Assembly (NCBI GenBank): GCA_016926735.1
Contig: JAFGOA010000199.1
Location: 1 to 24,893 of the forward strand
Direction of reading: 5' to 3'
From: Promethearchaeota archaeon
Lineage (GTDB): Archaea; Asgardarchaeota; Lokiarchaeia; Sigyniarchaeales; SOKP01
DNA: 24,893 nt
The notes under the pieces were generated by a model that worked only from the letters and a program-made list of their open reading frames with translations, searched no databases and was not told where the DNA came from. A program made the position numbers and the translations under genes. Shown one piece after another: positions 9,149-18,600 of the stretch (the first letter of the stretch is position 1; each line of letters begins with the position of its first letter).

Positions 9149-9193
9149 GCTTGTGTATAAAGGTCAATTCAATAATGAAGATGTGAAAAAAAA

Positions 9194-10234
9194 ATGCAGG
9201 CAAATGAATTAAAAATAGAAATAGATTTTAACAAACTTGGATTTGAAATAGTCCAGACAGAATGGATGTACGTCTCATATTTTAAAGATAATAAATGGGA
9301 TGATGGAAAGATAATGCCATATGGACCGATAGAAATATTCCCTTCAGCAAATATTTTAAGTTATGGACAAGGGATTTTTGAAGGACTAAAAGCATTAAAA
9401 TCAAAAGATAATCATATTTTGCTTTTTCGTCCAATTGAAAATGCAAAAAGATTTAATATAAGTGCTGAGAGACTTGCTATGCCCAGTTTCGATAATAATA
9501 AATTTCTAAAGGCAATTGAAGAAGTTGTTTTATTGAATAAAAAATTCATACCTCCATATAACAGCGGAGGTGCATTATATATACGTCCAATAATGATAGG
9601 TAGTGGTCCAATGTTAGGTGTTGCTCCAGCAAATGAATTTATGGTTATGATTTATTGCTCCCCTGTTGGATCTTATTTTAATGCAGAAGGTTCAGGAATA
9701 GAGCTTTTAATTTCTAAAAAATATACACGTTCTAGCCAAGGAGGCACTGGTTATTCAAAGATGTGTGGAAATTATGCAGGAATATTGAAACCAGCAAAAG
9801 AGGCAAAAAAATTAGGATATGATGAAGTTATATACTTAGATTCAATACACATGAAATATATTAGTGAAGTTGGAGCAGCAAATTTTTGCACAATAATTGA
9901 TGGAAAACTCGTGACTCCTAAAAGAGATGGTACTATTCTTGAAGGAATTACTTTGAAATCAGTTCTTGATTTAGCAAAAAAAGAATTAAAGATACCTGTT
10001 AGAGAAAGAGATATCTCATATGAAGAATTGTTTAAGCCTAATTGCACAGAAGCATTTTGTACAGGAACAGCAGCAGTTATTACTCCAATTGGTTCGATAA
10101 CTTATGGAAAAAAAAGAAAAGAATTTAATAATAAAGAACCGGGAGAAATTACAAAAACAATATATAACCTTCTAACAAGTATTCAGAGATTGGATAAAAA
10201 AGATAAATATAACTGGGTTGAGATTTTAGAATAA
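9194..10234 (+). CDS. ilvE: Branched-chain amino acid aminotransferase, group II (PLP fold type IV)
   Basis: LSYGQGIFEGLKA, LFRP..NAKRF..SAERLAMP, LYIRP, LGVAPA, GTGYSKMCGNYA (PLP Lys), EVGAANF, ILEGIT, TGTAAVITPIG. Confidence 0.95.
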   Translation: MQANELKIEIDFNKLGFEIVQTEWMYVSYFKDNKWDDGKIMPYGPIEIFPSANILSYGQGIFEGLKALKSKDNHILLFRPIENAKRFNISAERLAMPSFDNNKFLKAIEEVVLLNKKFIPPYNSGGALYIRPIMIGSGPMLGVAPANEFMVMIYCSPVGSYFNAEGSGIELLISKKYTRSSQGGTGYSKMCGNYAGILKPAKEAKKLGYDEVIYLDSIHMKYISEVGAANFCTIIDGKLVTPKRDGTILEGITLKSVLDLAKKELKIPVRERDISYEELFKPNCTEAFCTGTAAVITPIGSITYGKKRKEFNNKEPGEITKTIYNLLTSIQRLDKKDKYNWVEILE

Positions 10235-10242
10235 CTCAGTTC

Positions 10243-10251
10243 TTTTTTTTT
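10243..10251 (+). terminator. Oligo-T terminator candidate after ilvE
   Basis: T9 run 8 nt after the ilvE stop. Confidence 0.5.
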
Positions 10252-10338
10252 ATTTATAATTATTAATAAAAAATTATAATTTGCTTGTTTAAAATCTATT
10301 AGTAATATGCAGAATAAATAGATATAAAATAGTACAAA

Positions 10339-12174
10339 ATGTCCAATTTAAAAAGAAGTAACAATAATACCAAGGTTGAGTTTTCAATAGAAAATGATCC
10401 TTTTATCAATTTTAGAGATAAATCTCCCTCAAGATGGATTTTAGCTCATATTTTAAATGGCTCAAATAAAACCAATATTTGCATTGTATTAATCACAACT
10501 ATAATTGCTGCGATGTTATCATCTACACTAATGATAATTGTGGGTGAAACCATAAATGACTTGCTATTAGGTAAGGAATCTGCTCTTTTAATTAATATAT
10601 TGCTTATATTGATTATTGGAATAGGAGCTCCATTAATGCGAATAGGGAATTTTATGCTCAGAGAAGTTATTGCACAACGTATAGAAAGAGATACTCGAAA
10701 AGAATTTTATCTTAATTTACTAGGTAAGAGTCAATCCTTTCATGATCAGCAAAAGATTGGAGATTTAATGGCAAGAACTACAAATGATGTAAGAATGTTA
10801 AATTATTTGATTAGTCCTGCTCTTTCCCTGATTATTGAATCATTCACTTCTCTTATTATTCCACTTGGATATATTGTTATATTTTACCCTCCAGAACTCG
10901 TTATAATTCCATTGATATTTATCTTTACATTTATTGTAGCTCTAAGAGATTATATTAAAAAAATCGGACCAATAACAGAGAAATTAAGAGGGGATTTTGG
11001 AGAAATGAATATCGTTCTTAATGAATCTATTTCTGGTATAACCCTTATTAAAAGTACAGTACAAGAAGCAAGAGAAAAACATAAATATTTAATGACAATT
11101 AAAGGTTATAGAGATGCATTTGTAGAGCAAGGGAAGGTACAAGCAAAATATGTACCTATTCTCTTATTAGCATTGATGAATACAGTTAGTTTAGCTCATG
11201 CAATTATATTATTTCTAAATAATTCGATGACAATAGGTCAAATTATTGGATATTTAGGTTTGTTATCAGAATTTAGATTTCCAACATTTATATCATTTTT
11301 TGTATTTGCTATTATAAAATTAGCAGGAGCAGGTGCAAAACGACTTCTTGAATTAATGAATAAAAAGACAGAAATTGATGAAAATTTAGAAGGGGAATCA
11401 AGGAAAATAATTGGTAACATTGAATTTGAAAATGTATCTTTTTACTATCCAGGATTTAAAAATAGAGTTCTCCAAAATATATCTTTTAAAATAAAACAAG
11501 GCCAAACATTAGCTATTGTAGGAACAACAGGTTCGGGAAAAACAACACTTACTAAGTTAATTACAAGATTATATGATGTTTCGGAAGGAAGAATATTAAT
11601 AGATAATATAGATATTAGAAAGTATATCTTAAAATCTTTAAGAAGTCAAGTTTCATATATTGAACAAGATGTTTTTTTATTTTCTAACTCTATTATAGAC
11701 AATATTTCTTTTGGGAAAAAAGCATCATTCGAAGAAGTAAGAAATGCAGCTATACTAGCACAAGCACATGATTTTATCTCTTCCTTACCTAAATCTTATG
11801 ATTCTGAAATTGGAGAACGTGGAATTCAATTAAGCGGAGGAGAGCGACAAAGAATAGCATTAGCTAGAGCATTTTTAGTTAATCCTCGAATTTTAATTTT
11901 AGATGATTCAACTTCTGCTATAGATTCAAAAACTGAAGATGAAATTCAAAAAGCTATAAATAAAATCGAAGAAAATAGAACAACTATAATTATTACCCAT
12001 AGATTATCTCAAATAAGATGGGCGGATCTAATAATTGTATTAAAAAGTGGTAAAGTGGTAGCTCAAGGCACTCATGAATACCTAATTGAAAATTCACCCG
12101 AGTATCGAAAAATTTTTATCAAAAAATTTGATTTAGAAGAAGATAAATTAATAACCAGGAGTGGAAGGAAATAA
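10339..12174 (+). CDS. ABC exporter TMD+NBD half-transporter, subunit A of a heterodimer
   Basis: N-terminal TM domain (GDLMARTTNDV); Walker A GTTGSGKTT, signature LSGGERQ, Walker B ILILDD (non-canonical), switch ITHR. Confidence 0.95.
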   Translation: MSNLKRSNNNTKVEFSIENDPFINFRDKSPSRWILAHILNGSNKTNICIVLITTIIAAMLSSTLMIIVGETINDLLLGKESALLINILLILIIGIGAPLMRIGNFMLREVIAQRIERDTRKEFYLNLLGKSQSFHDQQKIGDLMARTTNDVRMLNYLISPALSLIIESFTSLIIPLGYIVIFYPPELVIIPLIFIFTFIVALRDYIKKIGPITEKLRGDFGEMNIVLNESISGITLIKSTVQEAREKHKYLMTIKGYRDAFVEQGKVQAKYVPILLLALMNTVSLAHAIILFLNNSMTIGQIIGYLGLLSEFRFPTFISFFVFAIIKLAGAGAKRLLELMNKKTEIDENLEGESRKIIGNIEFENVSFYYPGFKNRVLQNISFKIKQGQTLAIVGTTGSGKTTLTKLITRLYDVSEGRILIDNIDIRKYILKSLRSQVSYIEQDVFLFSNSIIDNISFGKKASFEEVRNAAILAQAHDFISSLPKSYDSEIGERGIQLSGGERQRIALARAFLVNPRILILDDSTSAIDSKTEDEIQKAINKIEENRTTIIITHRLSQIRWADLIIVLKSGKVVAQGTHEYLIENSPEYRKIFIKKFDLEEDKLITRSGRK

Positions 12175-12175
12175 A

Positions 12176-13981
12176 ATGGCATTTATTGGTTTAGATGCTG
12201 AAAAATATGATAGAAAATATAATGATATAGATTTATTTAAGAGAATCTATAAGTATTTTAGAATCTATAAAAGGAAGATTATGATTGTTGTATTATTATT
12301 GACAATTGCTTCATTAATAGAATCTTTCCTTCCTATTTTAATAACATTAGCTCTAAATTCATTACAAACAGGTCTAAATACACAATATTTAGTAACGATA
12401 ATAATTATTTCGCTGTTTTTTAATGCTTCAAGTTTTATAATCAATTACTTTCAACAAATAAATATATCAAAGGCTATTGGAAATGTTATTTTGGATATAA
12501 GAAAGGAAGCAAATGATTCTATACTAGAACATGATCTATCCTTCTTTGATAAAAATCCTTCAGGTAAAATAGTTAGCAGGATTAATACCGATAGTCAAGA
12601 ATTTGGGAGAGCTTTAGAATTATTTATGGAAGTTCTTTCCAGTGTTTTTATCGTCATTTTTTATACTTTCATAATGTTTTTCCTAAATCTTTTCTTATCA
12701 TTAATTTTTATGATAATGATCCCTGCTTTTTTTATAGTAGCTATATTATTTATGAAAGCTGCTAGAAGGAGAACATTATTAGGTCAAAGAGCAACAGCAT
12801 CCGTAAATGCTTTTGTTAAAGAAACCTATTCAGGAATTCAAATAGCTAAAACATTCAGTCAAGAAAAGAAATTATTTAATAGATTCGATCAGGTGAATCA
12901 ACAATCATATAAAGTAAATTTAAAAAGAGCATTTCTTCTTAATACAATATTTCCATCTTTGGGATTTATTCAAGCATTTGTTCTTACTCTAATTATTTAT
13001 TTTGGAGGTATTAGTTTTTTTGAGGGTTCTATTCCTATTGGAAGTCTAAATTTATTTATACAAGGATCTTGGTTATTGACATTCCCTATTTTTTCAATTG
13101 CATCGTTTTGGCCACAATTACAAGCAGGATTAGCGTCTGCAGAGAGAATATTCTCATTAATAGATACAAATCCAAAAGTAATTCAGATAGATAATATTAA
13201 GCCTAAGAATTTTAAGGGAAAAATAGAATTTAAAGATCTTACATTTGAATATGAAGATAATAAAAAAGTTTTTGAGAATTTCTCGCTATCTATAGAGCCT
13301 GGTGAATCAATTGCAATTGTTGGCCACACTGGAGCAGGAAAGTCAAGTTTAGCAAATTTAATCACTAGGTTTTATGAATTTCAATCAGGAGATATATTGG
13401 TTGATGGATTAAGCATTCGGAAGTATGATCTATCAGAATACAGAAAAAAGATTGGAATTATTTCTCAAACACCCTTTTTATGGGGAGATACTATAGAAAA
13501 TAATATCAGATATTGTTGCAAAAATGCATCTGAGACTGATATATTGGATTCATTAGAAAAAACAGGGGGATCAGAATGGATAGATGATTTACCGAATGGT
13601 TTAGAAACAAATATAAGGGAGAGAGGTACATTACTTTCTATGGGACAACGTCAATTAATTGTATTAGCAAGAGTATTACTAGAAAATCCATCAATTTTAA
13701 TTCTTGATGAAGCAACAGCATCAATAGATCCGTTTACAGAAACTAAGATTCAAGAAGCACTAGAAAAAGTAATTAAAAATAGAACTTCAATAATAATAGC
13801 CCATCGTTTATCAACAATCCGTCATGTAGATAGAATTGTTGTTTTAAAAAAAGGTAAAATTGTAGAAGAAGGAAATCATCAATTTTTAATGAGCAAAGGA
13901 GGATTGTATGCCAAGCTATACAACACTTATTTTAGACATCAATCATATGAATATCTTGAAAAAATTAAAGAATTAAAATAA
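12176..13981 (+). CDS. ABC exporter TMD+NBD half-transporter, subunit B of a heterodimer
   Basis: GKIVSRINTD; Walker A GHTGAGKSS, signature LSMGQRQ, Walker B ILILDE, IAHRLST. ATG 12176 (1 nt after the previous stop, purine-rich GGAAGGA upstream) preferred over GTG 12161. Confidence 0.95.
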   Translation: MAFIGLDAEKYDRKYNDIDLFKRIYKYFRIYKRKIMIVVLLLTIASLIESFLPILITLALNSLQTGLNTQYLVTIIIISLFFNASSFIINYFQQINISKAIGNVILDIRKEANDSILEHDLSFFDKNPSGKIVSRINTDSQEFGRALELFMEVLSSVFIVIFYTFIMFFLNLFLSLIFMIMIPAFFIVAILFMKAARRRTLLGQRATASVNAFVKETYSGIQIAKTFSQEKKLFNRFDQVNQQSYKVNLKRAFLLNTIFPSLGFIQAFVLTLIIYFGGISFFEGSIPIGSLNLFIQGSWLLTFPIFSIASFWPQLQAGLASAERIFSLIDTNPKVIQIDNIKPKNFKGKIEFKDLTFEYEDNKKVFENFSLSIEPGESIAIVGHTGAGKSSLANLITRFYEFQSGDILVDGLSIRKYDLSEYRKKIGIISQTPFLWGDTIENNIRYCCKNASETDILDSLEKTGGSEWIDDLPNGLETNIRERGTLLSMGQRQLIVLARVLLENPSILILDEATASIDPFTETKIQEALEKVIKNRTSIIIAHRLSTIRHVDRIVVLKKGKIVEEGNHQFLMSKGGLYAKLYNTYFRHQSYEYLEKIKELK

Positions 13982-14064
13982 ACTTAAAATTATATTTCAG
14001 TTTCTTCGGTTTGATAATATTTGCAAAAGTATCATTTTAAATAGATAAGAAAAGTTATTGAATC

Positions 14065-14394
14065 TTATTTCTTTACTACTAAAAATATATCTTCATCTTG
14101 AATATATCCTTCATTAACATCATATATTTCCGAAATAAATATACTTGATTGCATTTTTATAAGTTCGATATTCGACATTTCACCGTAATTATCTAATAAA
14201 TTCAATAATTCGGATGGCTTCATTTTTTTTTCTGAATTTTTATCAATAATGAGAGCTAATTTTATTGGATTTGGAGTAGAATTAATAACGTTATATATAT
14301 CTTCCTTTCCAAATTTTATTATTTTAGCATAAACATAACCATCTTTATTTGAATTTTTAATCATTTCTTCTAAAAATTGTACTGTAAGATTCAT
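14065..14394 (-). CDS. Hypothetical protein (~109 aa)
   Basis: ATG 14394 lies 10 nt downstream of the aldo/keto reductase stop. The track start 14439 would overlap that gene. No motif recognised. Confidence 0.65.
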   Translation of the reverse strand: MNLTVQFLEEMIKNSNKDGYVYAKIIKFGKEDIYNVINSTPNPIKLALIIDKNSEKKMKPSELLNLLDNYGEMSNIELIKMQSSIFISEIYDVNEGYIQDEDIFLVVKK

Positions 14395-14404
14395 TTTTTT
14401 AACT

Positions 14405-15376
14405 CTAATAGATATAAGTACCTGGAAATTGAGGTTCATTATTTAGTATTAGTTCAATTTGTTCAATGATATCCTTATTTAGTTTAATCTCAGATGCTTC
14501 AAGATTTGAATCAACATGTTGAACTTTAGAAGCTCCAGTAATTGCACAACTTATCTCCTTCCGTCGAAGTATCCAAGCAAGAGCAAGTTGACCAATAGTA
14601 ACATCCAATTCAGATGCTATTTCAGATATCTTTTTTATTTTCTCAATATTTTCTTGATTCAATTCACCTTGTAAAAATTCAGTAGTAGCTCCCCGACTAT
14701 TTGCGGGAATACCATCATTATATTTGCCAGTTAGTAACCCACCTGCTAATGGTGAAAAACACGTAATTCCCATTCCATTATATTCGCATGAACTCATAAC
14801 TTCTAATTCAATAAATCTATCAAACATATTATATCTGGGTTGTTCAACTATTGGCGGATTTAGACCTTCAATTTTAGATATAGCTAATGCTCTTTCAATT
14901 TGAGGCGCTGTCCAAACTGAAGTACCCCAATAATGAGTTAATCCTTGATCAACTAAATTAGACATTGCTCTAACAGTTTCCTCAATAGGAGTATTATAAT
15001 CAAATCTATGGCAAAAGTATATATCCAGATACTCTGTTTTAAGACGCTTTAATGAATCTTTTATAGATTCCATAATATGTTTTCTACTTAAACCCCTATC
15101 GTTTATATTATCACTCATAGGCCAATATACTTTACTTGAGATAACTAAATCTTTTCTTCGATAATTTTCTTCGATTAATATAGAGCCTACTATTTCTTCT
15201 GCATTACCATTAGCATAAACATCAGCAACATCAATAAAATTTACGCCTAACTCTACAGCTCGAATTATGCATTTTCTACTCATTTCTTTTTGAACAGCAT
15301 CTCCAAATGTTAACCAAGCTCCAAGAGAAAGTTCACTAATCTTTAAACCTGATTTTCCTATATTTCGATAATTCAT
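14405..15376 (-). CDS. Aldo/keto reductase (Kv-beta-like subgroup)
   Basis: YRNIGKSGLKISELSLGAWLTFG, DVADVY (Asp/Tyr), ISSKV (Lys), GLSRKHIMES, CHRFD (His), EQPRYNM, FSPLAGGLLTGKY, QLALAW, ITGAS. Confidence 0.95.
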   Translation of the reverse strand: MNYRNIGKSGLKISELSLGAWLTFGDAVQKEMSRKCIIRAVELGVNFIDVADVYANGNAEEIVGSILIEENYRRKDLVISSKVYWPMSDNINDRGLSRKHIMESIKDSLKRLKTEYLDIYFCHRFDYNTPIEETVRAMSNLVDQGLTHYWGTSVWTAPQIERALAISKIEGLNPPIVEQPRYNMFDRFIELEVMSSCEYNGMGITCFSPLAGGLLTGKYNDGIPANSRGATTEFLQGELNQENIEKIKKISEIASELDVTIGQLALAWILRRKEISCAITGASKVQHVDSNLEASEIKLNKDIIEQIELILNNEPQFPGTYIY

Positions 15377-15621
15377 AATTAATAATCCAATTTAATTGGT
15401 ACTTTTAATTAGGAATATTAGTGATACTTATCTATATATAGATTTCTCTGAATTATACTAATTATTTCTGATGAGAATTCAAAAAAAGAAAATTGCTTGT
15501 CCCTTTGAATTTATTAATTTTGTCGGAAATTGATATCCTATTATTTTTACAAAAATTATAAATATATTAAAAATCTCAATAAACCTAATAACAGGTCATT
15601 GTTAATAAATTCATTATTCTT

Positions 15622-18600
15622 ATGGCAGATATATTTTTTGATTATATTAATACATCAGAAGAAAACTACGAGTCTGAAAAAGATCTAGAAAATATTTTTC
15701 TAAATCTTTTGGATCAAATAAGCCATAATTTGGATATTGATCCTGTAATAAATAAAGTGAAAATCTATATTGAGGATGATATAATTGAAAGTCAAGATAT
15801 CTTTTCATTAGGGACAAATAGAGATTATCATGGATCATCTGTAATACTACACGTATCACCAAAATATAAGAAATTTTATCAATTTATCATTTTAAGAGAA
15901 ATCTATTATTGTTTCTTACCGTTAATATTATATGAAAATAAGATAATCAAAATTTTTATCAATATTATTATTCAAAATAATTTAAAAAAACATGAAGAAT
16001 GCAAACAATGGAGTCAAATAATAAAAGAGAATATTGTTGATCAAGAGTATTTGGATGCTCATTTTGATCTTTTGGGAAAATTCTTAGAAATACAGACAGA
16101 AGATAATGATAATCTTACTAAATTCTTTTTTAATTATGTAAGAAAGAATATTAATCTTTTAGAAAAGAAAACTGTGGATTTTTATGATGATTTATTTACC
16201 CAATTTATTTTTAAGATTTCTAAAACCATGAGAGATGATGAAATAATAGAAACACTTAGAATCTTAATCAAGATTTTTTATAGAGTTAAGTCATATAAGG
16301 CACTTCATGAATATAAAAGATATTTTTCTGAATTTAAAGAAGCTGGAACAATTAAAACAGAATTAAGTCTCAGAAAATTTGTACAAAATATGCGTTGGAT
16401 TAAAAATTTTACAATTATATCTCCATCATATAAAATTAATCATTTTCAGATGGGTGTGATTCCTTATATCCTTAAAATAGATTTCCATCCAAAAATCTCG
16501 AAATATAAAGTAAGAAATATACTTGAAAAATTCCCATTTCTACAAAATGTAAGAATCACGGAAAATGGATTCTCTACTAAAATGACGGGATATGAAATTC
16601 TTCCAAAACAATATAAAGAAGATTTTATTTTGTTATTGAAAAAATTGGAGAATCAGGGATATACAACTAAAATTTATTGTATTGAGTGTGATTATATTGA
16701 AAATAACCTAAATTTGAATTATTTTAGAGAATATCACAATGAGAATATACTTATAAATAAAAATCATAAAAAATATAATAATGAATATGAAATACAGTTT
16801 AAACATAAGTTAGAAAAAGATCCTCCTTTTTTTCCATTAAATCTTTTAGATTTTTTAATTATGGATAGTATCAGATATTTTTCAATAACAGGTTTTGGAT
16901 TTGATCCTAATAGAGAATCAATAAAGCAATTAAAAACAAAATTAATGAGTGAAATACTAAATCAAGCATCATTAATTAAAAATCTAAAATTAGAACTTAA
17001 AAAATTATATCAAAATGTTGATTTTAAAGATCATTTTTTATATATCTTAGATTATTTTAAAAATGCAGGGTCTTTCTTTGTTAAAGAATTTTTGGAGAGT
17101 ATTACTATATTATGTAAACAAATAGAAGAAATAATTTCTAATAATTCAGAAATATATAATATATCAACCTTTCAAACATTCTTAAATAAAAATAATTTAT
17201 CCTTATTTCCTTATTATATAATCAATGATGAATTGAAAACGAGATTTATAAATACATTAATTCCATTATTTTTCAGCAATAAGGGATTATATAAAAAAGA
17301 AGTTAAAAAATACACTCTCTTCCTAACTATTTTTAAATTATGCTTTAATCTTAAAATCTTCAGCCTTAAAGCAATTGAAAAAATTACTAAAAATGAAGAG
17401 ATGGTAAAAATTATTTATTCTAAAAAGCAATTAAAATTAAATGAATTATATGAAACATATAAATCTCAAGAATTAACCTATGAAAAAATTGATAACATCA
17501 TTGATAATTATTTAAATAGTGAGAAGCCGCTGATAAAACCCATCTTAATCAATACAATTCCTACAACTCATTTTGCAAAATATCATCTCTCTATCACCGT
17601 AAAAGATAATGCAAATACAAGAAGGGTTATCGAAAAAATAAAATCCAATTTTCCTAGATTTTCTCTAACTCGTGGTAGTGATATTATTTCAAATGAAAAA
17701 TTGGATCATATAGATATTTATTTTCCGAATATAGAAGTTGGAGAAAAGAGAAAAATAATTTTAATCCTTAAGAAATTATTCAAGGATGATCTAATTGATA
17801 CAAGAAGAATGTTCTTTCATGGATGCCTTTTTGCTTATTCTTTAAAGGATTATTTTGATTTTGAAAACTCTAGTTTTTTTTATACAAAAGACTTATTTGA
17901 ACAATATTACTTATTTATCGAAAAAATGTTTGGTCGAGGGTTTAATAAGATAGAATATAATAAAGATTTTTATGAAGATTTAGGGTATAATAACGATAAT
18001 TTTACCGATTTAATTGAAAAAATACGAGATCGTGAATCTAGGGAGCAAAATAATTATAATATCAAAGATATTTATCAACTTAGTGAATTCCATCAGAATC
18101 TAAATTTGTATTTATTGAATCAAGAAAAATATAAAATAATCAAGAAAAGCGCTTTTTTTAAAAAATATGTTAAAACTATAAAATTTAAACCAGCATTTCA
18201 GAATTTTGGACTATCAAATTATTATTTATGGTTAAAACCGACACATTTTGATCAAATAGATAAAAAATTACTTTTTTCAAATACATTTCTATCAATCAAA
18301 AATCCAATTGAATTCGATAAATCCTCTGATGCTTACCTAGTAAATTATATTTTTCCATTTAGGCGTCCTAACGATAAATATATTAATTGGTTAGCAAAAT
18401 CTAAAAAAATTGTAGGAGAATATTTTTTCTTTTATATAAAAAAAATATATCATATTCTTCAATTTAACAATAATTTATCATCATCAGACTGGAATTTAAA
18501 TGCTAAAAGATTTCAGAATTATTCAATGAATCTTTTATATAATGATCATTATAAGATTAAAAATCCATTCATTCGAGAATTTGATTTATCATCAATCTCA

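Noticed and set aside
8940-9193. T-box riboswitch or tRNA as the explanation for the ilvE leader
   Set aside because: No GGUGGNACC antiterminator bulge, no recognisable stem I motifs and no cloverleaf; the GC-rich patch is explained by codons.
14405-15376. True potassium-channel beta subunit
   Set aside because: No channel gene nearby; prokaryotic Kv-beta-like AKRs are widespread, and this one keeps the normal catalytic His.
9772-15862. Minus-strand ORFs 9772-10047, 11238-11420, 13183-13365 and 15647-15862
   Set aside because: Antisense shadows of ilvE, the ABC genes and the 1196-aa gene.
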